The position numbers and the translations under genes are program-made. From Candidatus Magasanikiibacteriota bacterium (lineage in GTDB: Bacteria; Patescibacteriota; Patescibacteriia; Magasanikbacterales; UBA922), in NCBI GenBank assembly GCA_018652595.1, contig JABIBU010000008.1, positions 1 through 62,420 of the forward strand: DNA of 62,420 nucleotides. Direction: 5' to 3'. Each line of letters begins with the position of its first letter. The first letter of the stretch is position 1. The notes under the pieces are model-generated. The model was not told where the DNA came from, did not search any database, and saw only the letters and a list, made by a program, of their open reading frames with translations. This document shows, piece by piece, positions 1 to 8,302 of this stretch.

Positions 1-187
1 CAAACAACCCAAGATACTCGGGCTTAGCCAACTAGAATACAATCCACCAGTCTTTCAAGCTACCATAAAATTCCGTACCTCCCTACACCGCTCTTATGTA
101 AATTTTATGGAAAACAAACTAAGAGAACAATTTAATTTCTTTGCAACTCCAATAATGATTAAATTGAAGAAAAATAGACGAACATAA
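1..187 (+). CDS. der: 3' end of ribosome biogenesis GTPase Der (EngA), partial; not in ORF track
   Basis: Frame 2 reads ...YNPPVFQATIKFRTSLHRSYVNFMENKLREQFNFFATPIMIKLKKNRRT*, matching the Der C-terminal KH-like domain (PP.F...LH.SY..YLEN.LRE.F.F.GTPI). Confidence 0.85.
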   Translation, partial: KQPKILGLSQLEYNPPVFQATIKFRTSLHRSYVNFMENKLREQFNFFATPIMIKLKKNRRT

Positions 188-191
188 CCTC

Positions 192-307
192 TGTCATTGC
201 GAGGAGTCCTGATGAAATACGGGACGACGAAGCAATCCCATTGTGTTAGCAACGTAAATAATTCACTGAGATTACTTCGTCATGTATTCTCATTCCTCGT
301 AATGACA
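192..307. repeat. GTCATTGCGAG...CTCGYAATGAC palindromic REP/MITE-like element, copy 1
   Basis: Terminal inverted repeats TGTCATTGCGAGG / CCTCGTAATGACA with internal GAAGCAATC / GATTACTTC; homologous copies at 10729 and 14297. Confidence 0.85.
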
Positions 308-331
308 CACAAAAAAACATAATATAATCCT

Positions 332-865
332 ATGAAACTCATTGTAGGCCTCGGCAATCCAGGAAAAAGATATGAAAAGACACGCCACAATGTCGGATTT
401 ATGATACTTGATAAACTGCGAGAAAAACTGGGTTCATCTGGCTGGTCACTTAGCAAAAAATTTAATTCTGAAACATCTGGCCTTACACTAAATGGAGAGA
501 AGGTAATTTTGGCCAAGCCAATGACATTTATGAATGCCTCTGGTCAATCTGTACAGTTGATTGCCCACTTTTATAAGGTAGCTCCTGAAGACATCATTGT
601 TGTCCACGATGACAAAGATTTGAAGCTTGGCGATGTGCGTGTACAGGAAGACAGAAGTCATGCGGGACACAATGGAATCAAATCTATTATAGAGCACATT
701 GGCACTCAAAAATTTACTAGGGTAAGAGTGGGTGTGGCAAGTGAGAATGAAAAAAAGATGCGAGACACTGCCAAGTTTGTTTTACATAAATTTGGTTATT
801 TTGAAAAGAAGAAGGTTGAAGAGATAGTGAATAAAAGTATTGAGGAAATAAAAAAAATGCTCTGA
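332..865 (+). CDS. pth: Peptidyl-tRNA hydrolase
   Basis: MKLIVGLGNPG, TRHNVGF, KPMTFMNASG, HDD, GHNGIKSI motifs. Confidence 0.97.
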   Translation: MKLIVGLGNPGKRYEKTRHNVGFMILDKLREKLGSSGWSLSKKFNSETSGLTLNGEKVILAKPMTFMNASGQSVQLIAHFYKVAPEDIIVVHDDKDLKLGDVRVQEDRSHAGHNGIKSIIEHIGTQKFTRVRVGVASENEKKMRDTAKFVLHKFGYFEKKKVEEIVNKSIEEIKKML

Positions 866-908
866 TATACAGAGCATTTTTTTATTTAATCTATTTTCAA
901 CTCTTTTC

Positions 909-2951
909 TTAAACTGTTTCTGGAACTGTTTTTTTCAAATCATCAATTATTTGCTGGCGTCTAGCCAATTCAGCTGCTTTACCAAAGGCAGGCAACCCAA
1001 CTTCAAGATCTCTTTCCATTTCTTCAATCACCTTATTTACCCCAGTTTCAACCTCTTCGGCCTCATCAGCCTTTTTGGAAAAAAAATCTCTTTCATTAAT
1101 CAAAATACCTATCTGATCTGATAATAATCCTGCGTTTCTATCAGACCTATCTCCAAGCGTAGACAAAGAGGATTCAACGCCAGCTAATTTTTCTTTCAAG
1201 CCTGCTAACTCATCTTGTGCAATATCTTTTTCTTTTACTAAACGCTCTCCTTCATCTACAAGCCCTTCTTTCTCTGCTTCTAATTCTTGAACTCTTAGAG
1301 CGGCTCCCTCTATATTTTTTTTTCGTTCCGCTTGTAAGACAGCAATCATAGCCTCCATTTTTTCTGGTGTATCCAATTTAATAACCCCATCTTTACCCGT
1401 AGCATTATCTACTATGTCTTGTTTTGTCAATTCTCTACCCTTTATATGCTCTTCAAGCCTTTTTTTCCACTTACCCAGTTCTTTTATATCTGCATCTTTT
1501 AGATCACCACCCCTATTGGTTCTATTCTCTTCATATTTTTTAAATAAAACAGGAGTCCCGTCTTTACGTGGATCAGTTACTCCTTTGTTTCCTAATAAGA
1601 GTTCGGGACGATCAATTTGTTCCCAGATTGCTCCGACTTGGGTTGCTAATACAGATAATTCAGGATCATCATTAGGATCAAATTTTATGTCACCATTATT
1701 TTTTACTACAAAATCTTGTTGCCCCCAACCACGGACCCTATTTGTTTCAAAGTCATCTGGACTTTCATTTGCTTGTCTAAAAAATGACATTGCGTTATAT
1801 GCTTCTTTTACTGAGTCAGATACTTCATAGTCAGAGTTTACTTGATGGGTAATTGATCTTATGGCTAATATTAGTTTTGCTTCAACATGAGCAGCATCTA
1901 CTACCCAACTTGGTGCAGTTTTTTCACCTTCAAGTTCTTTCTCATTACTACCGGAGTTCAAGGCAATTACGTTACTGGATGTACCAGAAGTGGTTTCAGC
2001 AAAATGATTCTGGTGGTAAGTCCCAATTGAATTAAAAGAGTTTTCTAGACGGACAATTACCGCTTTTTTTGCTTGATCATCAGGTTGGCTAGATTCTGCC
2101 CTATCAACTAATGCGGATATTTCTTCTCTGGCCATAAAAGATAAACCCTTGGCTACTTTTTCTTGTTCTTTTGCTATGACCTCTTGTAGTTCTGTTTCTA
2201 GACCTTGACAAAATTTAATATCATCTGAGCCCCACATAGGACTTTTTCTATCATTAAACTTTTTACCATTGCTTATTAATACATTGTCTAATGCAGCATT
2301 TACCCTGTCCATCATCCTGTTTGCCAAGGTATCAATAATTCTATTTTTATAATCTTCATAACTTTCTTTTGCATACTCCACTTTACCAGGACTCATCCGA
2401 TCAGCCTCATCACGCAACCTAGCAATTTCTTCATCTTTGGTTACCAGCGAAGCTGTCTCGCCTTTAGCAATTTCTTCATAATTTACTCCCAACTCACTTG
2501 CCAATTCTCTAGCCTGCGCGACCATATCTGATTCTAATCGAGCTAACTGATCTAACACTTTTGTATTACTCTGGAGCTCCTCTGCCGATTTTCCTCTCTG
2601 GTCTACAAATGCAATAAAATCTTCTTTTGCTTGACTATAATTATCCAACTTGGCTTGTACAGCCTCTGGTATATCTTTATCGCCAAACTGACTAAATATT
2701 AAAAGATTAAAATGCGTACCTATCAGTTCTTTTTCGCTTTGCTCATCCTCTCCTTTAGCCAAATCTTGCAAATCTTTACCTATTTTATCACCTGCATCTG
2801 CAATCCAAACTTTTGACTTTTTATCAGTTTCGGCCTTAGTGACCTTTTCATTTGCCTTGTCTGATTCCTCTTTAGCGACTTCAGCCCAAAAAGCACCGGC
2901 ATCAAACCCTCCTCCTTTTGGTTCATCGCCCCCTGTTTCTCTTTTTTTCAT
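909..2951 (-). CDS. Hypothetical 680-aa acidic protein with C-terminal coiled coil
   Basis: Long ORF with its own sigma70 promoter (TTGACA 3035-3030, 17 bp, TGn-TATAAT 3012-3007); no family motif recognised. Confidence 0.75.
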   Translation of the reverse strand: MKKRETGGDEPKGGGFDAGAFWAEVAKEESDKANEKVTKAETDKKSKVWIADAGDKIGKDLQDLAKGEDEQSEKELIGTHFNLLIFSQFGDKDIPEAVQAKLDNYSQAKEDFIAFVDQRGKSAEELQSNTKVLDQLARLESDMVAQARELASELGVNYEEIAKGETASLVTKDEEIARLRDEADRMSPGKVEYAKESYEDYKNRIIDTLANRMMDRVNAALDNVLISNGKKFNDRKSPMWGSDDIKFCQGLETELQEVIAKEQEKVAKGLSFMAREEISALVDRAESSQPDDQAKKAVIVRLENSFNSIGTYHQNHFAETTSGTSSNVIALNSGSNEKELEGEKTAPSWVVDAAHVEAKLILAIRSITHQVNSDYEVSDSVKEAYNAMSFFRQANESPDDFETNRVRGWGQQDFVVKNNGDIKFDPNDDPELSVLATQVGAIWEQIDRPELLLGNKGVTDPRKDGTPVLFKKYEENRTNRGGDLKDADIKELGKWKKRLEEHIKGRELTKQDIVDNATGKDGVIKLDTPEKMEAMIAVLQAERKKNIEGAALRVQELEAEKEGLVDEGERLVKEKDIAQDELAGLKEKLAGVESSLSTLGDRSDRNAGLLSDQIGILINERDFFSKKADEAEEVETGVNKVIEEMERDLEVGLPAFGKAAELARRQQIIDDLKKTVPETV

Positions 2952-3082
2952 ATGTTTAAATTAAAACTAAATAACTACTTTTCTACTTTTAGTAGTATAT
3001 ACACCTATTATAGCACAAAAAAGCCCTTTTGTCAAGCTGATTTTTATGGTATTATATTCATATTATCCGTAAATTAGTAGTT

Positions 3083-4162
3083 ATGAAAAAAGAAATCCTC
3101 CTAGCCCACTGGCCAAAGATAACAGTGAAACGTCACCAGCAATTGCTGGGCTTTTTTTCATCTCTTGACAGTGCTTGGCGGGCAACATCGGCTGATTTTG
3201 AAAAAATGGGTTGGAAAGATGAGTTAGTAACTAATTTTCTAGATTGGAAGGATAATGTTGATGAAGAAAAAATTAAGAAAATTTTAGAACAAGAAAAGAT
3301 TTCATGCATACTAAAAGATAATGAAAATTACCCAGAACTTTTGAAAGAAATATATGATGCACCTTTTTGTTTGTTTACTCGTGGTAAATTAGATAACGAA
3401 GGTTTTACTCTGGCAGTAGTCGGACCTAGAAAATTTTCTTCTTATGGGAAACAGATCACCGAAGAAATTGTATCTGAGCTAGCAGGCCAGGGCATAGTAA
3501 TTGCCAGCGGTCTTGCTCTTGGAATTGACAGCATTGCTCACAATGCTACTTTGCAAGCTGGTGGTAAAACTGTAGCCATACTTGGGTCTGGAATTAATGA
3601 CCGTCACATTTATCCAGCCAGACACAGAGGATTGGCAAATGACATAGTTAAAAAAGGTGGTGCTGTTATTTCTGAATATCCACCTGGAGCACTGCCATCA
3701 AAGTTTACTTTTCCACGCCGGAATCGAATTGTCGCTGGTATATCACTTGGGACTTTGGTAATAGAAGCAGCCGAAGGATCTGGCGCACTTATTACCGCAC
3801 AATCAGCACTTGATAACAATCGAGAGGTATTTGCTGTTCCCCAGAATATTACATCACCAAACTCCGCTGGAGTAAATATGCTTATAAAAAATGGTGCCCA
3901 TCCAGTGACCTGCGCTCAGGATGTTATTGATGCGCTTGATCTGAAAGATATAAAAAACTTTATTTCCAACCGCGAAATTGTTCCCGACTCCCCGACCGAA
4001 GCCAAGCTTCTGGAATTCTTGTCCCGAGAACCAATCCATGTTGATCAACTAGTAAAAAACTCTAGTCTTGACAGCCCCAGTGTAAATGCTACACTTACGA
4101 TGATGGAAATGAAAGGAAAGGTGAGAAATATGGGTGGGATGATGTACGTGCTTAGTAGGTAA
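3083..4162 (+). CDS. dprA: DNA-processing protein DprA/Smf
   Basis: YPELLKEIYDAP, VVG(P)R, SGLALGID, RNRIVAG, EA...SGALITA, C-terminal winged helix. Confidence 0.95.
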   Translation: MKKEILLAHWPKITVKRHQQLLGFFSSLDSAWRATSADFEKMGWKDELVTNFLDWKDNVDEEKIKKILEQEKISCILKDNENYPELLKEIYDAPFCLFTRGKLDNEGFTLAVVGPRKFSSYGKQITEEIVSELAGQGIVIASGLALGIDSIAHNATLQAGGKTVAILGSGINDRHIYPARHRGLANDIVKKGGAVISEYPPGALPSKFTFPRRNRIVAGISLGTLVIEAAEGSGALITAQSALDNNREVFAVPQNITSPNSAGVNMLIKNGAHPVTCAQDVIDALDLKDIKNFISNREIVPDSPTEAKLLEFLSREPIHVDQLVKNSSLDSPSVNATLTMMEMKGKVRNMGGMMYVLSR

Positions 4163-4358
4163 TTTATAAAATAATCATTTGTGGTATGTTGTGAGAAAAA
4201 TTTCTAATTCACCTAATTGTCTAACTTCTAATAAAATGTCAAATATCTAAATTTGGAAATTGGTCATTGAAAATTTTATTAGAAATTAGGTGAATTATAA
4301 ATTAGGTGAATTTACAAAGCCTTGTAATTAATGATTATAATTTTATAACAAAAATTCT

Positions 4359-5024
4359 ATGTCTCAACACTTTAAGCTGACCATAATAAGTTCCATATTC
4401 ATCGCCGGCCTCCTCGCTGCCAATCTACTCGGTAGTAAAATAACTACACTTTTTGGTGTAGCAGTATCAGTTGGTATTTTTGCATATCCACTGACATTCA
4501 TGATGACGGACGCAGTTGCTGAAGTCTATGGCAAGAAAAAAGCCAAGCAACTGGTTTGGGCGGCTCTAATTGCTCAAGTTTTGGTTTTAATTCTAACTTT
4601 GGTAGCAGTAAAACTTCCAGCTGCAAGTCGTTATACTTTTAATGAACAGTATGTAACTGTTTTTTCTGGTAGTATCAGAATGATGATTGCAAGTCTTATT
4701 GCCTTTATTATTTCTCAAACTCATGACATCTGGGCATTTGAATTTTGGAAAGAAAAATTCGGTGGCAGATGGCTATGGCTTCGAAATAATGCTTCGACAA
4801 TGGTATCCCAAGCAATCGACACACTACTATTTATGTTCATTGCTTTCTACGGAATTTCTGACAAATTCACTGTCGGCTTTATATTACACCTATGTCTCAG
4901 CTACTGGCTATTCAAGATGGCTTTCGCTGTTCTCGACACCCCACTTGTCTATCTCCTAGTCAACTGGCTAAGAAAGCCAGGCAAGGAAGATGAGGTGGCT
5001 GATAATCAACCTCTACAAATTTAA
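4359..5024 (+). CDS. yhhQ: Queuosine precursor transporter, YhhQ/VUT family
   Basis: Multi-TM protein; G.FAYPLTF.MTD.VAEVYG, ASL.AF.ISQ..D, WLRNNASTMVSQ.IDT motifs. Confidence 0.9.
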   Translation: MSQHFKLTIISSIFIAGLLAANLLGSKITTLFGVAVSVGIFAYPLTFMMTDAVAEVYGKKKAKQLVWAALIAQVLVLILTLVAVKLPAASRYTFNEQYVTVFSGSIRMMIASLIAFIISQTHDIWAFEFWKEKFGGRWLWLRNNASTMVSQAIDTLLFMFIAFYGISDKFTVGFILHLCLSYWLFKMAFAVLDTPLVYLLVNWLRKPGKEDEVADNQPLQI

Positions 5025-5038
5025 ACAATCTCGAAAGG

Positions 5039-5140
5039 CCCCCCTCTCCTTAACAAGGAAAGGGGTCAGGGGTGAGGTCAATCGTTTTGGGTTTCTAGTT
5101 TTAACCTCATCCTATCCTTCTCCTTGTTAAGGAGAAGGGA
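5039..5140. repeat. CCCCTCTCCTT..AAGGARAGGGG double-hairpin MITE/REP-like element
   Basis: Two terminal hairpins CCCCTCTCCTTAACAAGGAAAGGGG and CCTTCTCCTTGTTAAGGAGAAGG, plus GGGGTGAGGT / ACCTCATCC arms. Confidence 0.7.
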
Positions 5141-5154
5141 CGTTCTAAGTAAAT

Positions 5155-6396
5155 ATGAACTTCAATCAAGCCTACAACTACCTCCTATCTTTGCAATCCC
5201 TCCCGCGCAAAGAATATATGAAAGATCCAAAACACTGCAGTGTATATTTAAAACGCCTACAGTTCTTTTTGGATATTCTTGGTAATCCTGAGAAGAAAAT
5301 TCCACACTATATTCACGTGACTGGAACAAGTGGAAAAGGTTCTACTGTAGCTTTTTTACATTCTATTTTAAACGAAGCTGGATATAAAGTGGGTTCGACC
5401 CAATCCCCTCACCCGACCACTATTACTGAACGCTGGCAAGTTGGTAATAAGTATATGAGTAAATCTGAATTCGTAGAGCTAATTGAATTTATAAAACCAA
5501 AGCTGGATGAATATATAAAAACCAGTCCATATGACATGTTATCTTTTTTTGAAATCTGCGAAGCTATTGGGTTTTTATATTTTAAGAAGAAAAAAGTAAA
5601 ATGGGCAATTCTAGAAGTCGGCCTAGGTGGCAGATATGATGCTAGTAATATCATTCCTTACAAAGATGTGGCTATCATAACAAATATTGGGCTAGATCAT
5701 ACTAATATTCTAGGGAATGATAAAAAAGTTATTGCTTATGAAAAAGCAGGAATAATTAAGAAGGGATGCATGGTATTTACTGGAGAAAGAAATAAAAAGA
5801 TTTTAGATGTGATTGAGAAAGAGTGCAACAAAAATGATGCAAGTATGCGTGTTTATAAGCATGTAAGTTCGAAATATGGATTATTAAGTGCGCACCAACA
5901 AAAAAATGCTGGACTCGCAAGTGAGGTGGCAAAACATTTAAATATTTCTGATTTAGAAATCCAAAAAGGAATCAAAAAAACAAAACTACCACTACGAATG
6001 GAAGTTATCTCAAAAAATCCCACAATAATTTTGGACGGGGCACACAACCCAGATAAGATGAAAACGACTGTTGATTCAACCAGGGATTTAAAGCCTAAAA
6101 ACTTAAACTTAGTAGTTGCTTTCAGTGCTGATAAGAATATAAACAAAATGATAAAACAACTTGCAACTCTAAAACCAAAATCAATCGCTTGTACCCAATA
6201 CACCAATAACCCCTTCCGCCAACCAGCCAACCCAAAAGATCTGTCTGATAAATTTAAAAAACTTTTACCCAAAACAAAAATCGGGATATTTTTAGATCCA
6301 CAATATGCTTTTAATTGGTCAAAAAAACAAGCCATTAAAAATGACTTGCTTCTAGTGACTGGTAGTATGTTTCTTGCGGGTGAGCTAAGAAGATGA
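5155..6396 (+). CDS. folC: Folylpolyglutamate synthase / dihydrofolate synthase (Mur ligase family)
   Basis: HVTGTSGKGST P-loop, LEVGLGGRYDASN, ITNIGLDH, EKAGI, LDGAHNP, TGSMFLAGE. Confidence 0.93.
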   Translation: MNFNQAYNYLLSLQSLPRKEYMKDPKHCSVYLKRLQFFLDILGNPEKKIPHYIHVTGTSGKGSTVAFLHSILNEAGYKVGSTQSPHPTTITERWQVGNKYMSKSEFVELIEFIKPKLDEYIKTSPYDMLSFFEICEAIGFLYFKKKKVKWAILEVGLGGRYDASNIIPYKDVAIITNIGLDHTNILGNDKKVIAYEKAGIIKKGCMVFTGERNKKILDVIEKECNKNDASMRVYKHVSSKYGLLSAHQQKNAGLASEVAKHLNISDLEIQKGIKKTKLPLRMEVISKNPTIILDGAHNPDKMKTTVDSTRDLKPKNLNLVVAFSADKNINKMIKQLATLKPKSIACTQYTNNPFRQPANPKDLSDKFKKLLPKTKIGIFLDPQYAFNWSKKQAIKNDLLLVTGSMFLAGELRR

Positions 6397-8202
6397 CACA
6401 ATATTTTCTGATTTCAAATCTTCTTTTTTTAATTTAAAACTTCCATCCTCATCAACTCTACTCTCCATAAGAGTTTTATACTCCTCATCTTCTACTATCG
6501 TACGCGCCAATTCCAAGGCGCGTTTGTAATTCTCCGTATCTCCTTTGGCTTCAGCAGCCTTAGCTAATCCACGCAAATGCCAGCCTATTTTTTTTCCCAT
6601 TATTTCATATCCCTTTTTATTTCTTTCCCTTGCGCCTTCTGCATATTTTTTTGCATTATCCACAAACTCCAAAACTCCTTTTAGATGAGAATCAAAATCT
6701 ATACAGGGCTCACTAGCCTTATCACTAGTATACTCGTCAATCCTTGCATATCCACCATCTTCAGGCTGAAAATGATCTGAAAAATTACCATACAACCCCT
6801 CACCAAAAGAATGAGCATCGAAATATTTTCTATCTTCCAAATCAAGCCTAAAAACCTCACCCTCTAATATATTTGCAGTCATTTCCTCTTTGTCTATATC
6901 TGGAATATCTAAACCGCCACTTAAAATTTGATCAATTGAAACAGGTTGCTCAGCCCTCTTAATTCTTTTGATCTTTACTCTACTTATATTTTCTGTAAAA
7001 TCATTACGCTCTAATACGGTTACGAGACAATCATCACTATGAAATGACTTGTATATATCAGTATTTGTATACTTCAAATCATCTGGCTGAACTTCCAACT
7101 CTTCCTCTTCCACGCCCTCTACCAAATAATATTGCCCATCTGACTTGTCATGATAGTACACTGGCATTTGCAATTTACCACCCTGCTCCAAAACCTCTTC
7201 CACCAAATTTCTATTACCACCCTCAGTAAAACGATCGTCTTTCACCACCCTATAGATATCTGAAGTTATAAATAATCCTGCTGCTTCTGGTTTGCGAATA
7301 GTTATCTCATTATGTTCACCTTTTCCAGCCTTTTTTTCTGTGATGATAGCATCTTTAACTTTTTTTTCTGTGTCACCACTCCCAGATTTAGCCCAACTAG
7401 AAGCACGCTCTCCACCAGAAACTACAGTACCAGAATCATATCCATGAGCATCTTGGATTTCACCACCACGCAACAAAATTCCTATATCAAAAAAAGCTTC
7501 ATCTCTTTTGCCTTCACTATCCTCAAAACCAGGCCTAACGGTGGCAGCCGCAACGACCCCCTTCCTAGCCAAAAAAGCTTCCAGCATAAGTTTCCATTTT
7601 ACACCTGGACGAATTACTGAAAATTGCCCGCCTTTTTCTTTAAAATTTAAAAGGGCATGTGTAAAAACTGCATCGTGTTTTTTTGAGACTTCTGTAACAT
7701 CTCTTGCCCTCTTCTCTTGCTCTCTAGCTTCCAATTGTTCAGTCTGATCAGTATAAAACTCACCAACCATTTTCTCAGCCTCATTAATCTCAACCCTACT
7801 TCTAGATTCTTTTTGTAAATTATCATATAATACCCACATACCATCAAACTCTCTTTGCAAATCATCCGCCTTCATTGTTTCGGATCCAATTTTTTCTCGC
7901 AAAGCTCGAATCTCTGACAGGTTAAATATTTTACTCATTGTCTTCAATTGTTTCTCAGTCAGCTGGGTTTCCAATTCTTCCAACTGCTCAACTACCTCTT
8001 CTAGTTCTAATTCCTTTTGTTTTATCTTTTCTTGGAGTCTTTCAGCCTTTTCAGCAACCTCAAGCTGGCGCTCTTCATATTGCGCTTCCAACTCATCTTT
8101 TCTGGCTTCAGTTTGCTCTAATTCTTCTGGGCTATTTTCCTGAGCAAACTGTTCCAAGTCATCTTGACTGGGCTGTTGATCTTGTCCGTCTTCTATTCCC
8201 AT
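6385..8202 (-). CDS. Hypothetical 605-aa protein, N-terminal coiled coil plus globular domain
   Basis: Long ORF with divergent promoter region 8205-8280; acidic N-terminus; 12-nt convergent overlap with folC. Confidence 0.75.
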   Translation of the reverse strand: MGIEDGQDQQPSQDDLEQFAQENSPEELEQTEARKDELEAQYEERQLEVAEKAERLQEKIKQKELELEEVVEQLEELETQLTEKQLKTMSKIFNLSEIRALREKIGSETMKADDLQREFDGMWVLYDNLQKESRSRVEINEAEKMVGEFYTDQTEQLEAREQEKRARDVTEVSKKHDAVFTHALLNFKEKGGQFSVIRPGVKWKLMLEAFLARKGVVAAATVRPGFEDSEGKRDEAFFDIGILLRGGEIQDAHGYDSGTVVSGGERASSWAKSGSGDTEKKVKDAIITEKKAGKGEHNEITIRKPEAAGLFITSDIYRVVKDDRFTEGGNRNLVEEVLEQGGKLQMPVYYHDKSDGQYYLVEGVEEEELEVQPDDLKYTNTDIYKSFHSDDCLVTVLERNDFTENISRVKIKRIKRAEQPVSIDQILSGGLDIPDIDKEEMTANILEGEVFRLDLEDRKYFDAHSFGEGLYGNFSDHFQPEDGGYARIDEYTSDKASEPCIDFDSHLKGVLEFVDNAKKYAEGARERNKKGYEIMGKKIGWHLRGLAKAAEAKGDTENYKRALELARTIVEDEEYKTLMESRVDEDGSFKLKKEDLKSENIVSSS

Positions 8203-8302
8203 ATTTTTATAAATTTAGCTTAAGTATAGTAGTATAATACCAAAAAATTGACAAAGTCGTCAAATTAATATATGCTGTAAACTAGTGTTTTTAACCTAAA
8301 AT

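Noticed and set aside
280-516. 78-aa minus-strand ORF
   Set aside because: Antisense to pth and runs into the GTCATT repeat.
4165-4358. preQ1 riboswitch expected upstream of yhhQ
   Set aside because: No AGAGGTTCTAG...CCCTC...AAAAAACTAA-type motif; the region is an AT-rich micro-repeat cloud.
6385-6396. Convergent 12-nt overlap of folC and the 605-aa ORF as an antisense regulatory device
   Set aside because: Short tail-to-tail overlaps are common in compact genomes; nothing else supports a function.
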